This document shows, one piece after another, positions 50,753 through 64,000 of a DNA stretch of 64,000 nucleotides. Under the pieces are notes generated by a model. That model ran no database searches. It was not told the DNA's origin and saw only the letters and a program-made list of their open reading frames with translations. The stretch is from Octopus sinensis (lineage: Eukaryota): positions 25,420,001-25,484,000 of the forward strand of contig NC_042999.1 of NCBI RefSeq assembly GCF_006345805.1, read 5' to 3'. Position 1 is the first letter of the stretch, and each line of letters begins with the position of its first letter. A program made the position numbers and the translations under genes.

Positions 50753-51182
50753 CATCCACCCATCTATTTATGTATGTATGTATGTATGTATGTATGTATG
50801 TATGTATGTATGTATGTATGTATGTATCTATCTATCTATCTATCTATCTCTATATCTATCTACATAGACATGCATGTATACGTGCACTTATGTGGCTATG
50901 AATATCTTTAATTTGCAGCAAGCCTTCTCTTCAAAAACGGTGGTAATAAATTACGGATGTTAGTTTTCATTTCTAAACTTGTAGGGTATTCATGTATGTA
51001 AGTAAATTTTGTACACAATGTTCCACGCATATAACATCTATGCATCTGTAAGCAAGTATACGTCAGATAATCTACTTATAGCTGCGCCTATAATTACATT
51101 ATCAAGACAGGTGGATAAGTAGTTATGGATATACATACGTATAAGCGTATACATATATAAACATATGCGCATATATCTGTAT

Positions 51183-51595
51183 ATAGGTGCAGGTGTAGCT
51201 GTGATGTTGAGAAGCTGTATTCCCAACCATGAGGATGTGTGTTCAGTCCCACTGTGTGACACATTCTCCTATAGCCCCAGGTCGACTCAAGTCTTGCGAG
51301 TGTATTTAGTATATGGAAATGAAAAGAAGCACGTGGTATGCATACATATATGTATATATGTGTACGTGGATGTGAATGTGAGTGTTTGTGTGTGTGTGTT
51401 TTATTTACTCTTCGCCATCACTTGACTTTTGGTGTTGGTTTTTTTACGTTTGCCGAAAGTAACGGTTTCTCAACAGAATCCGATAGAATATTTACCGGAA
51501 GTTAAAAAATCAAATACTGGTGTCGATTTGTTAAACTAAACACTCAAGAATGTGTCCCAGAATGGCTGCAGTCCAATGATTGAAACAAATAAAAG
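51183..51595 (+). mobile_element. SINE family B, older copy
   Basis: ATAGGTGCAGGTGTAGCTGTG..GTTCAGTCCCACTG..GGCTGCAGTCCAATGATTGAAACAA. Confidence 0.8.
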
Positions 51596-54500
51596 CAGAT
51601 GTGTTTGCGTACCTCTGTGTGCACACAAACACACACACACACACACACTCACACACTCATATCCATTGGAATGTATACAAATACTTGTGCATAACTATAT
51701 ACATATACATGCACATATACACGCATATATATATCCTTGTGTATTTAAAAAAATACAAGTATATAAATAAGAAAATAAATATAAAAAATCAGTAGGGCAT
51801 ATGGGATTATTCTCTGTGTCAGGGAGAATGTTTGTTCCCGGTACAGAGATTATAATACTTGTAATGTCTGGGACTGTAGGTTTGGCCAAACAGTAGCAAT
51901 TGTTGAAGCGATAACAAGAACAGTAATAAAGATTGAATGAATAAAGATTAAATGAGCCTACTTACCGATCATACATGCCAACAGATGAGAATGCAGTTGA
52001 GAATATTTGAAGAAAGTGGCCACATGATCTATGAGGAAGAGAAGCAGAATGGAATTGGTGAATTATAAGAGTTCAAATAGACCAATCATTACAGTTACAA
52101 TTCAATATTTCATCGATGAGATTAATCATAGAGGCATATAAATTAAGTACGAGTTGCGTACTGAGATCGATCTAATCGACTGGCCTGCGCCCACAAAATT
52201 TCAGCCCTTGTGCCTAGAGTAGAAAAGAATATAGATTAATATCTGTTGGAGAGCATGTGAGTTAAGAGTTGTTAAGTTGTTAAGAATTTACGGTAGGAAG
52301 GACTGGTAGGAAGTATTTAGTTCAGGTTGTAAAGGGTCAGGATAGAAGAACTAAGTGATTAAATGGACTTGCGTTTCGAGGGTAAGTGGTTAGCTATTTC
52401 AGAGGAGCAGAGTCTATTATTGGTGCGATTGGTGGTAGAAGTGTCAGAAAGAAGTAAGATATATATGAATTAATAGTTGAAACATGTCGGGAGAGTGAAA
52501 CAGAAATCACACTTGCACCGATTTTGTTTTCATCGAACTGCAGTTGATAAAATAATAACTATTTACTATACTGGTTTCAGCATATTCGACGGTCAGATTC
52601 ACCTAAAAATATGAGGCGCCATTGTGCCAATGTATATATTGGACAATGGTAGAGAGAATGACCAAGATGTTCCCGGCAGCCACTTCGAATCATGATGTCA
52701 ACCACTTATTCTTTGATTCAACTTATTGCTACTTGAACTTGTATTGACTCAGAACATTCGAGATCAAACCTAATCGAGCAGATCCATGATGGAATATGTT
52801 CTACAGTTGACCACACCCTGTTATTTCGTATCAAATACTTTACAACGTAATCTTCTTCATTTAAGACGATGATATATGTGTTAATGGAAAGATGGATTTT
52901 CTTTCTAGCAGGCCTAACAACCATGACTTGGCTACTTTATTGGTTTATGGCAATCATTGAATGTAATTTTGTTCGAATGCTTGGTTCTTGATTCAGGAAT
53001 CGTTTAAGTAATTTTGTGAAGATCCATGTCTTTCCTCGAGGCGGAATAACCCCCATCCGCTCATCATTTCTTCACAACACTTCTAATGTGATTTGTGAAA
53101 ATCGAGACAAGATCCATTTTGTATTCTATGTCATGAACGACATTGAGAATATTCATTTTAGATATGCATGTAGAAAAGCATTTATATGAATGAAAGAATT
53201 TATACCAGGTAACACTGATGTTGCAAACGATTGAAAGAAAATTTATTGCTACGAATAAAATACGGAAATAATTTTGTAGGCTGAACCAAAGCTGGTTCCA
53301 AATTATTTAACCCCGAATCAGTTCTGATTTTTGAAATGTAATCATAAGTATAGCATCTATGCTATTCCATACTTTTGCTTACCTCGGATTACATTGTCTA
53401 ATGTATCATACTTCTATTTAAAAGCTTAAGGAACATTTGTGTATTATTTCTAACAAGTCTAGAGACTTCGTACTAAGCTCCGTCTTTGACGAAATTAAGG
53501 AAATGTGTAACAATGATATTGTTGGTAAGAATAGATAAGCTGTTGTGCTTTTATATATTCTGAGCGAGAAATGTTAGTATTGTTGATGTCGAGCAGTTTT
53601 ATCTAAATATCTAAACAGAATAACTGAATTTGTCACTTAGAACTTGTCACTTACTTGTGGACTATCCTCAGAATTATTGATATATCGACCGCTTATATTG
53701 GCGTAATTCCATATATTCGTTGCGGAGAGATATCTCAGTTACTATTGTGGTTTAGCCTCAGGTCAGTCATGACTGAGAGTAGCTTCGATAAAAGATAACA
53801 CTGTTTTTATTCGGATTTGGTGTATCTTGGAACAGATTGTCCTTTCCGTTTTTAAGATAGAAGTTTTGATTCAAAGCGGGTTTTTCAGTTCTTTTTAGCA
53901 AATTGAACGCAGACAAAGATCTCTTGTTGGCCCATTAGAAAGAGATGTAATTATTGTCTAATTCCAACTGACTTCTGACCGTGTAAGCAAACGTATGACC
54001 TAAGTGTTCCGTCCATGACTATCCTGTTTTGCGACATACGGTTTCATTTTTAAAACCTGGAAACTGTGATGTGAAGGAGATTTGGCCATTATTTCTAACA
54101 TGGAAAACACATTCAGATTTTAATGTCATTCTGAGTTGTACTTTATTTTTATCGAGCTAAAAATCGATGTGACAGGATTTTGCTCAAAAGGCAATGAAGC
54201 AATTTTTAAGATGGCGGCCAGATTTTTCTTCTAGTGTTGTAGTTGTTTAGCCTTTCCCGTCCAAATTTACATTGATTTATGATATAGATTCAATCTCACA
54301 GATTGTGGAAGTATTACAATAACAGAAGCCGAAGGTTTACTGACATCAATGATGATGAAAAGTAATTCCGAACGCTGCAGGATTCAAACTTAGATTGAAA
54401 GATAACAGAATATTGGAGGACATCTGTTGAGGTTTTGGATACATTTCTGGGTTTTCTCATATATTCACTATAGGAGAAGAAAATAAAGGACATCAATATT

Positions 54501-54734
54501 CTAGAGGCGAGCTGATATATCTTACATTGGGACGGACGTTTTGAGGTAGAAATGGTTGAAGAATATTTTTACTACTCTCAGATTCTATAATTAAAGGCTT
54601 TCACAGAATTAACTGCATATTTCTTCTCGGTGTATCTGTAAGCTTACATCTAATTAATAAAATGTTCATTTTAATTAGTGCCTTTAAATATGTAAAAACA
54701 GGAAAAATTCACTGAGTAAAGGCCTGAATACATG

Positions 54735-55426
54735 GAGGGTGCGATGGGTAAATTGTCGCCATTGTATATTTTAAGTTTTGTACATACGCATTGTTGTGTT
54801 TTTGATTTTGTCGACTACACCGTATAGTAGTGGGGCACCGTTTGTGAGAGAAGCATCATGAGGCAATTCATTCTGCCAGTAATTTGGAACCTATATGCTA
54901 TACTGTTTGGCATTCGTGTCGGAAGCACCAGTACGCACATTTCAGAGTGTTTGGATGTCAATCTGAGGACAGTGCTGGAAGACTCTATGCCTGGCAACAG
55001 GCCTCTGCACCATGCCACACAGGCAGGAGAACCCAGTCATAAATGTCGGACAATTTATACAAGTACATCATCCCTAATGTCTGGCCACAAAACTCCCCAG
55101 ACTGCAACTTCATTCGTTATTATCTGTGGGGCGTAGCTGACCGGAGAGACCAACGAAACTCCTTGTAACCCCAAATATAAACTGAAGGCGAGGATTATGG
55201 CAGCATACATCAACTTAAACAAGGAGACCCCCCAAAAGACTTGCAGGAGATTTCGAAGTCGTCTGAAGTCCGTGGTTGAAGCAAATGGCAATTATATTGA
55301 ATAAAGTTACTCTTTAGTATTGCAAGATATTATTATGTAATTTTGGCAAATATATTTGCTAAAATGAGATGTCAGTGTTATTTTCCTCCTTCCGTAATTT
55401 AGACAATTTATTCACCGCACTCGGTA
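54735..55426 (+). mobile_element. Internally deleted mariner/maT-like DNA transposon
   Basis: Imperfect TIRs GTGCGATGGGTAAATTGTC / GACAATTTATTCACCGCAC; transposase C-terminus WPQNSPDCNFIRYYLWG..KARIMAA..RFRSRLKSVVEANGNYIE*. Confidence 0.8.
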
Positions 55427-55452
55427 TGTATGTATGTATGCATGTATGTATG

Positions 55453-55499
<47 letters not shown>

Positions 55500-55506
55500 T
55501 ATATAT

Positions 55507-55548
<42 letters not shown>

Positions 55549-55628
55549 ATAGAGAGAGAGAGAGAAAGAAAGAGACAGATACAAACAGACAGACAGACAG
55601 ACTGACAGACAGAGAGATATACATCCAT

Positions 55629-56737
55629 GACAGCAGTGAATAGACACCAAAAACAAGATTATGTTATGTCTATTTTAGCTTGAAAATGTTTATATTGTTT
55701 TATTAACTGGCATTTTTATGTTTCAGTTTCAAAATGTGACTATTTAATCTAATCATAAAAGAACCCTACGAACTGTCCGAATCTCAAAGAGGCCATATTG
55801 TGGGTCAATTTGGATGTGGCCTGTCAGCGTAAAATCGCAGAAAACATTGAGGTCACTCTTTCTACAGTTAATTGAGTGATTGTGAAATTCACAAGGGAGA
55901 GGAATGAGTCAACATCACCTCGTCAGGTATCTCCACAAACCAGACTACTATGGTAGAGTAGCAAGAAGAAGCGACTTCTTCGACCAGCCAACATGAAGCG
56001 GAGAAAAGTTTGGGCCAGCAAGATGGTGCGGAGATCACTAGCGTTTTGGGACACTGTCATATTCTCTGATGAGTCCAGATTTACTGTATTTTCTGACAGT
56101 AGTCGAGTGTGGTTCTGGAGACTCTGTGATCAAGAATTTGATGTGAAAAGATTTCATCCAACAATGGAACATAGCAGCTATTCTATGATGGTCCGGGAAG
56201 CAATTTGGAGCAATGGTCTATAAGAGCTGGTGGAGTGTAAGGGAAATATAAACTCAAATAAATATGTGTCCATATTGCAGAAAAGACTCCTTTGGATCTT
56301 CTCCAGTGGTGAAACGTTTAAAGAAGACTCTTTATTTATGGATGGTGTGGTTTCTTTTCACACACCTAAAATGACCCAAGATTTGTTAGATGAGAATGGC
56401 ATTAAAAAGCTTTCATGTCCAAACCATTTACCAGATACGAACTCTATTGAACACCTTTAGGGCATAATGGATAGGACAATTCATAAAAAGAACAACAATG
56501 CATCCTCAATACCAGATCTTTTGAGATTACTGCATGCAACTTAGCAAGGAATTTCTCAATAGAATATTCGTCATCTCATCAGTAGCATGCCTAATAGGGT
56601 CCTTGCATTGGAAAATACAAAGGGCATGTCTACTAAATATTAGATATTCACATAATATAATTAATAAATAATTTGAATGCATAATTTCAAATTTAAATAA
56701 ACTCTGACAATTATAAGAGTGTCTATTTACTTCTGTC
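55629..56737 (+). mobile_element. Tc1-type (DD34E) transposon with a pseudogenised transposase
   Basis: TIRs GACAGCAGTGAATAGACACC (55629-55648) / AGTGTCTATTTACTTCTGTC (56718-56737); ELSESQRGHIVG, VIFSDESRF, FMDGVVSFH, PDTNSIEHL*G. Confidence 0.85.
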
Positions 56738-56772
56738 GCGCGCGCGTGTGTGTGTGTGTCTGTCTGTCTGTC

Positions 56773-56824
<52 letters not shown>

Positions 56825-57487
56825 ATATATATATACATATATATACTGACAAATATCAATGTCCTATGCGGTTGGCTTGACAATTACTGAGAAAACAATC
56901 ATGGCCTTGTTAAACCACAAATCAAGAATATTTATCTATCAATGCGGTATTGAGATGCATATAAATTCATTCGTGCATATATAGGTATATACGTATGCAC
57001 AAATATAAACAGATATAAAAATAGGAACCAAGAAACCATAATACACAAGCGTCCATTCACACTTAATAAACGCATTAGTTAGCTCGTGATATGAATTATG
57101 TTGTAAAATAATTTCATTTCAAGAAATCGTTTATCTGCAGTCTCTCGTCTTAAAGACCTTTTAAAAACAATTTGAGCTCCATTACTTAGCTCTCATGGGA
57201 AAACACTATACATTCTGTCAACAGACGAACTAATTCTTATTTGCTTGTAATCTCACTCTTTCTTTCTATGATGTATGTATGTATTTATGTATGTATGTAT
57301 GTATGTATGTATGTATGTATGTATGTATGTATGTGTGTGTGTATGTATGCATGTATGTTTGTATGTGTATGTGTATCGATCTGACTGTCTACGTTTGTAT
57401 CTACAAACATATCTAATAATATAATTGTGTGTACGTCTATTTATTCCTCTGTCTGTCTGTCTGTCTCTCTGTATATATATATATATA

Positions 57488-57544
<57 letters not shown>

Positions 57545-57657
57545 ATATGTGACAATTAGTTTGTTGTCATAATTAAAACTCAGAGTTCGGATGCTGGGGG
57601 TGACGTCTGCTCCGGCATCTCATCAATTATAACTAATGAGCCGGAGCAGCTCAAGTC

Positions 57658-58877
57658 TGGTTATTTGCTGAATTATTTCTTGAGAAAATTTCTTAGTGTT
57701 AAGCCAATAGCGGATCTACTTCTAGCATAAAGGCATCCACATAGCGGTTTCCCTCTCATAATATATAATATATATATATATTATATTATATATATATATA
57801 TTATATATATATATATATTTCTATATATATATTGTGTCTCTTTTTTACCCTTCTACTTGTTTCAGTCCCTTGATTGCGTCCGTGCTGGAGCACCGCCTTT
57901 GGTCGACAAATTGAGTTCAGGACTTATTTTTTGTAAGTCTAGTACTATTCTATCGGTCTCTTTTGCCAAACCGCTAAGTTACGGGGACGTAAACACACCA
58001 TCATCGGTTGTCAAGCGTTGTTGGGGGACATGCACAGAGACACAAACATATATACAAACATACATATATATGTCCATATATACGACGGGCTTCTTTTATT
58101 GTCCCTCTACCAAATCGGCTCATAAGGCTTTGCTCCGCCCGATGCTATAGTAGAAGACACTTGCCCAAGGTGCCACGCAGTGGGAATGAACCTGGAACAA
58201 AGTTGTTGGTAAGCAAACTACTTACCACACAGCCACTCCTGAACACACACACATATCTTTTCTACTCTAGGCACAAGGCCCAAAATTTTGGGAGATCGGT
58301 GCAGTCGATTAGATCGACCCCAGTACGCAACTGGTACTTAATTTATCGACACCGAAATGATGAACGGCAGAGTCTACCTCGACGAAATTTGAACGCGTGA
58401 AATTGATTATAATTAAATTAATATCAAATTTCTCACCCTCATTTTAAATTTAAATTTAAATTAATACGTTCTCTAATCGGCAAAGGGCACTGTACTAAAT
58501 TATTTTGTGTAGTATCATTTTTTCCGGTAATTTAGCGCGCCAAAGCGAGGATATTTGAATAGTAACCACGAGTGTGAGGGGCAGAACTGTTTACAGGTCC
58601 GTCTTTGTGCGGACGTCCAAGTATACAGTTCTGCAAATTATATACACTTGGACGGTCAAACCGAAGATCTACGGACATCTTGCATAAGTTAAATTACGTA
58701 ATATGGTTATAGTGAAAGCTGTATGTGAATAATCCATATTTTTATTGCTTTCCTTTTGTCTTGATCGATTACGCTTTGGTTATTTGCTGAATTTATTTCT
58801 TGAGAACATTTCTTAGTGTTAAGCTAATAGCGGATCTACTTCTAGCATGAAGGCATCCACATAGTGGTTTCCCTCTC

Positions 58878-58880
<3 letters not shown>
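57658..58880. repeat. Two copies of a roughly 103-bp repeat (57658-57760, 58777-58880), each running into (TA)n
   Basis: TGGTTATTTGCTGAA..GCGGATCTACTTCTAGCAT..TTTCCCTCTCATA occurs twice. Confidence 0.8.
57845..58398 (-). mobile_element. SINE family B (57845-58240) plus a family A-type fragment (58255-58398)
   Basis: Family consensus motifs on the reverse strand. Confidence 0.8.
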
Positions 58881-58914
<34 letters not shown>

Positions 58915-58926
58915 ATATATAGATAT

Positions 58927-58969
<43 letters not shown>

Positions 58970-58983
58970 TATATATATACACA

Positions 58984-59137
58984 CGACGGGCTTCCTTCCC
59001 TTCTGTCGACTAAATCCACTCATCAGACTTGGTTGAACACACGAAAATAGTATAAAACACTTGTCCAAAGTGCCACGCAGTGGGACTAAATCCAGAACCG
59101 TTTGGTTGGGTAGCAAACTTCTTACCACACAGCCCCG
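58984..59137 (-). mobile_element. SINE family B, 5' half
   Basis: CACTTGTCCAAAGTGCCACGCAGTGGGAC..TTACCACACAGCC. Confidence 0.8.
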
Positions 59138-59949
59138 CCAACGTCTAAGAATATCTAAGGAAATACATCATTCTTTTCTTAATAAAGGTGGGAAGGAAAA
59201 TCTTGAAGTATTTAGACGCCTTTAACAGAATGTGTTATAGAAACCTCACTAAAATGTATGAGACACATTCCTTACACAAATATTTCCATCCTTGATTTTG
59301 ATGAAAAGTACGTTTATAATACATGGATATTTACAGTTGGTCAAAGTAAACTTTTGGAAAACTATGCACATTGTTGGTGTATATAAAGAAAATTAAATTA
59401 ATTAAAGAAATGAACAGGCAAATGAAAAAGATATGAAAAAGGCAAACGTCAATATGGAAAATTTAACCTTTATCTATATGCGAAATTTCACGATGCTTTC
59501 AGTTGGATTATAAGTAATTATTTTTACCTCAGGAGGAATATGAACTTTTGAACTAGCTGGAAGGCAGCTGAAGACAAGAAAATAACATGACATGTGTATG
59601 ATGGCAAAAAATATCACATTAATGATAGAGAAAGCCTCACACCTTATTTGCGAATTTTGAATTAAAGTGTGATAATATGTTAGTTCACATTTCTGATTAA
59701 ACAGCTTTTAGCATTTGGTTTGGATGTGATCAGATTGTTCTAAGTGTTAATATCAAAACAGAAGCCTATAATCTACTTCAGTAATACACAATATAACGTA
59801 CTCCACTACCTTAAGTATTGCTGATACAGAGGAATATCTATCTATGTATCTATCTATCTACTACACGCACCTAGACATACATACTTACGTACATACGCAT
59901 CCTGACACACACACGCACGCACACACAAACACACACACACACACACATA

Positions 59950-60100
59950 CATTTTTCTCTCCTTGTTTCTTTCTGTTTTCCTGTAGAAGAGCGTAGGCTC
60001 CAAACGTAAAAGACTTTTTCAATTCCTGAGCGTTATACTAATACATGTTTGTTTTCTACACCACTTGTCTTCGTCTTTTGTTTTTTCGTAAATTGTCCCT
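59950..60100 (+). mobile_element. Penelope-like end with a decayed A6U hammerhead-like motif (59977-60012)
   Basis: Reverse-complement homologue of 8357-8520; ends in CCCTATATA + (TA)n. Confidence 0.65.
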
Positions 60101-60110
60101 ATATATATAC

Positions 60111-60183
<73 letters not shown>

Positions 60184-60196
60184 TGTGTGTGTGTGT

Positions 60197-60590
60197 AGGC
60201 GCCAGCGTGGCTGTGTGGTAAGTAGCTTGCTTCCAAACCACATGATTCCGGGTCTAGCCGACTGCGTGGAATCTAGAGAAAATGTCGTTTGCTATAGGCT
60301 CGGGGCAACCAAAGCCTTGTGTGTGGATTTGGTAGATGGAGAGTGAAAGAAGCATGTCGTATATATATATATATATATATATATATGTTTGTGTATTTGT
60401 GTTTGTCCTCCCACCATCGCTTGGCTACCGATGTTGTTGTGTTTACGTCCCCTTAACTTAACGGTTCGCTAAAAGAGACCGATGAAATAAGTATTAGGTT
60501 TACAAAGAATAAGTCCTGGGCTGGATTTTCTACAACTAAAGGCGGTGCTCCAGCATGGCCCGCTTCAAATGACTGAAAGAAATAACAGAA
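60197..60590 (+). mobile_element. SINE family B
   Basis: TAGGCGCCAGCGTGGCTGTGTGGTAAG..GGCGGTGCTCCAGCATGGCC. Confidence 0.85.
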
Positions 60591-60736
60591 TAACACACAC
60601 ACACACACACAGACACACAAACACACATACACACACATACACACACACACATATATATATATATATAAGAAATTTTTGCGTAATATGATAAAACAAACCA
60701 AAGCTTTACAGATATTAGAGCATTTATTGATAGAAG

Positions 60737-60788
60737 GTCTTACAGCTGTTTCTAGGATATTAATTAATAATATCCCTTCATCGGAGAC
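60737..60788 (-). ncRNA. Hammerhead-like motif (U4C) in another Penelope-like end
   Basis: GTCT CCGATGA A GGGATATT..AATATCCT A GAAA CAGCTG TA AGAC; palindromic helix III ACAGCUGU. Confidence 0.45.
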
Positions 60789-61756
60789 GGTCTTACATAT
60801 ATATACATGTAATACTATTTGATGACCTTGAAGTGTCAATTCGCCACAGAAAACGAAATCAAATGGTACTGAGATATCTACCCTCCTATTTGTAGTTTTA
60901 CAAATATGGATGATTTTTTTTTTGCTACATTCTCCGTGCGTTTTTACACATAGTAAGAGATGCGTGGCTTCGGAGATTTTCAACGCCTCTTCCTAGCAAA
61001 CAGGTGCATATTGTACCCTCGCTTGTAATATATGTTTTGCGTATTTGGATTGTGTTTTCTGGCCCATTTTTCATTATTTTTTAAAAGGTAACTTATTAGA
61101 ACTTTGAATACATACCCACACACACATCCATACACACATATGTATAGATAGATAGACAGATAGACATATCGTATGTAGATATCGTTATAGCAAATATTCT
61201 ACTCAATACCACAGATTTGCTTGTCAGTTGCATGGCCATAGCAGCTGACAATGTGTGAATCCTTGATTATGAGCAGAGGTATTAGAAGAGCGTCATAATC
61301 ATGTGATGTGGTTTGAATAGATATAACAAAGGCAAAGTTTGAAGGGAATATTAGCCCTTTTAATATTTTCTAGGGGTAAGAAAATAGGAGATAACAACTT
61401 CTACCCCAGTACAAAAATCGTGTTACACAGTGCAAAACAAGGTCTATTCACATGTTGTATATCTGCAAATTATATATGTAGATGTTATATTTTATAAGCG
61501 CGTGAAAGATAGGGAAGAATACTATATATTACTAGAAATACTTTTTGCAGAATAATTACATATCAAAGGAGAAAAAATTGGAGAATATATTTCCGCATTA
61601 CATATGGTTCATTACAAATAGGAATTACACCTATGTAACTCATATTGGTAATGATACAATGATATATATTTAACGCACATTAGAGAATATCAAAACAAAA
61701 ATCCAGCTTTTTATTTGTTTTGGTATATGTATATTATATATATATATATATATATA

Positions 61757-62093
61757 AGTTTAACAATTAAGGATAATCTCTTAATAAGGGATCTTAACAA
61801 GAAATTATCGGGTAGCTAGCGTGAAAACCTCATAAAAGAAAAGAATTCGAAAATAATTTTTTTCTTTTGAACAAATTAATTATATCTATATTGTATAGAG
61901 GGCATTATTACACATAAATGCCTCACACTAGGAGGGACAAAGTCATTACTACCAAAATTATACTAATCATACCCAAATGCAGTTTTAAATGTCTTGCTTT
62001 GAAAAACTGCATTGGGTATGATTAGTATAATTTTGGTAGTAATGACTTTGTCCCTCCTAGTGTGAGGCATTTATGTGTAATAATGCCCTCTAT

Positions 62094-62101
<8 letters not shown>
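61757..62101. mobile_element. Cassette in (TA)n ending in a roughly 100-bp near-perfect fold-back
   Basis: 61887-61986 versus 62003-62101 differ by one indel; 16-nt loop; (TA)n on both sides; left part resembles unit A of 38992-39719. Confidence 0.8.
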
Positions 62102-62190
<89 letters not shown>

Positions 62191-62497
62191 GTTATGTATG
62201 TATATATATATATACACAAAAACAATAGATGGATTTTTCTTCTCTTCATTTTGAATGAAGTTATTCCATCATGCCGAAAAAAAAAAAAAACGTTTTCATC
62301 AATGTGAATATACACGAATTAAACAATAAAAACAACATTCCAAGATATAATATATTTTGTTTCACCAGTCGATATCCATACAACGAGTTTCGTTTTGCAG
62401 TCTTTATTATAGAAAACAATCTATTTTAGTGTATTATAATTAAAATTATTTTACATGTCTGTACTAAGGTATACAATATATATAGTACAGTTGTATG

Positions 62498-62586
<89 letters not shown>

Positions 62587-62588
62587 TA

Positions 62589-62629
<41 letters not shown>

Positions 62630-62960
62630 CTCTCTCGCTCTCTCTCTCTCTCTGTCTCTCTCTCTCTATATATATACACACACACTTATATATGTATATA
62701 TATGTATATATGTATGTATTATGTATTTACACACTCACAGAAACACACAGTCACACAAACACACGCACGCACACACACACACACGCACACATACACACAC
62801 ACACACATACACATGCATATACATGGATGGTGCGTATAGACTTTTTTCCTAAAAGCTTGAAACGGGAAGTGTTTCGGATTACGGAATTGTTGCTATTAGC
62901 TTTAATAAAATATATATTTCATAAAACATCTTAAATATATAAATATATATATATATATAT

Positions 62961-63360
62961 ATAGGAGTGGCTGTGTGGTAAGTAGCTTACTTACCAACCA
63001 CATGGTTCCGGGTTCAATCCCACTGCGTGTCATCGTGGGCAAGTGTCTTGTACTATACCCTGAGGTCGACCAAAGCCATGTGAGTGTATTTGGTAGATGG
63101 AAAATGAAAGAAGCCCGTCGTATGTATGTATATGTATGTATATGTGTGTGTGCTTGTGTGTCTGTTTGTCCGCCCAACATCGCTTATCAACCGATGCTGG
63201 TGTGTTTACGTCCCCGTAACTTAGCGGTTTTGCAAAAGAAACGATAGAATAAGTAGTAGGCTTACAAAGAATAAAGTCCTAGGGTCGATTTGCTCGACTA
63301 AAGGCGGTACTCCAGCTTGGCCGCAGTCAAATGACTGAAGTAAGTAAAATAGTAAAAGAG
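62961..63360 (+). mobile_element. SINE family B, full length
   Basis: ATAGGAGTGGCTGTGTGGTAAGTAGC..GGCAAGTGTCTTG..GCCGCAGTCAAATGACTGAA. Confidence 0.9.
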
Positions 63361-63918
63361 TATATATATATATATATTTACTAGCAAATAGTTTTGTGCA
63401 TTTCAGAATTTTACATTCGGAACAGTTCCCTTTTTATGGAAACAATCTGATTTTTACTTAAACTCAGATTGTCCACCACAATAAAGCTACGCATCAGTTT
63501 TCGTTGAATATGCTTCCTTTTCTAGCTCACAGACTACAAATACTTTCCGACTGCTTTCAGGAATTTTCTCAATGGAGATTTTTAAACGTTATTATATATA
63601 GTAATACACACACACACACGCGCGCGCGCGCGCACGCACACGCATTTTATCATTTAACTATATCAGCCATTGAACTGCATCTATGGTGGGGCACAGCCTT
63701 GGAATGTTTTAATCGAAAGAATTGCTCTCAGTACTTATTTTTAAAGCGTGCTACTTGTTCTAGAAGTTAGCTTTGTCGGACCGCTAGGTTACTGGGACGT
63801 AAGGAAACCAACACGGCCTGCCAAGAGCGTTGGTAAGGAAAAAGACGAACGTGCACGCATACATACATTCACATATATACCTCTATGTCCATCTGAATTT
63901 GTATCTGAGTGTGTGCAT

Positions 63919-63982
<64 letters not shown>

Positions 63983-64000
63983 TTATATATACATTATTTA

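Noticed and set aside
52550-53100. Possible ancient CR1/L2 remnant on the minus strand (MGLFRLEER; HLGHSLYHCP)
   Set aside because: Only isolated short motifs; cannot support boundaries or a family.

Overview
AT-rich, microsatellite-saturated animal DNA. The tRNA-derived SINE families and repeat content look like an octopus (coleoid cephalopod) genome; this is my inference, not a database result. Most of the window reads as large introns of a + strand gene. Only two short exon candidates are reasonably supported: 15900-15962 (RLQHQEIVEFRDRLKNAMAAP) and 30544-30594 (YVQNGRNIVEYENHQKN); I cannot name the gene. Almost every ORF in the supplied track is a microsatellite artefact. Recognisable decayed elements: R4/Dong-type LINEs (RT, CCHC knuckle, restriction-like endonuclease), RTE-type LINEs, Tx1/L1-type LINEs, a Penelope GIY-YIG remnant, Tc1 and mariner elements, a Merlin-like MITE, a non-autonomous Helitron and more than 25 SINE copies. 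The most interesting signal is a set of short Penelope-like or retrozyme-like cassettes inserted in (TA)n microsatellites. They carry minimal type-I hammerhead ribozyme motifs, terminal redundancy and roughly 85-100 bp fold-back hairpins. The best example is 49781-50272: a 365-nt circularly permuted unit whose hammerhead has a compensatory U3-A8 core and caps a long rod-like stem. Also notable are SINEs flanked by roughly 90 and 150 bp direct duplications, and SINE heads carrying swapped 3' tails. SINE and LINE boundaries were read by eye and may be off by several bases.
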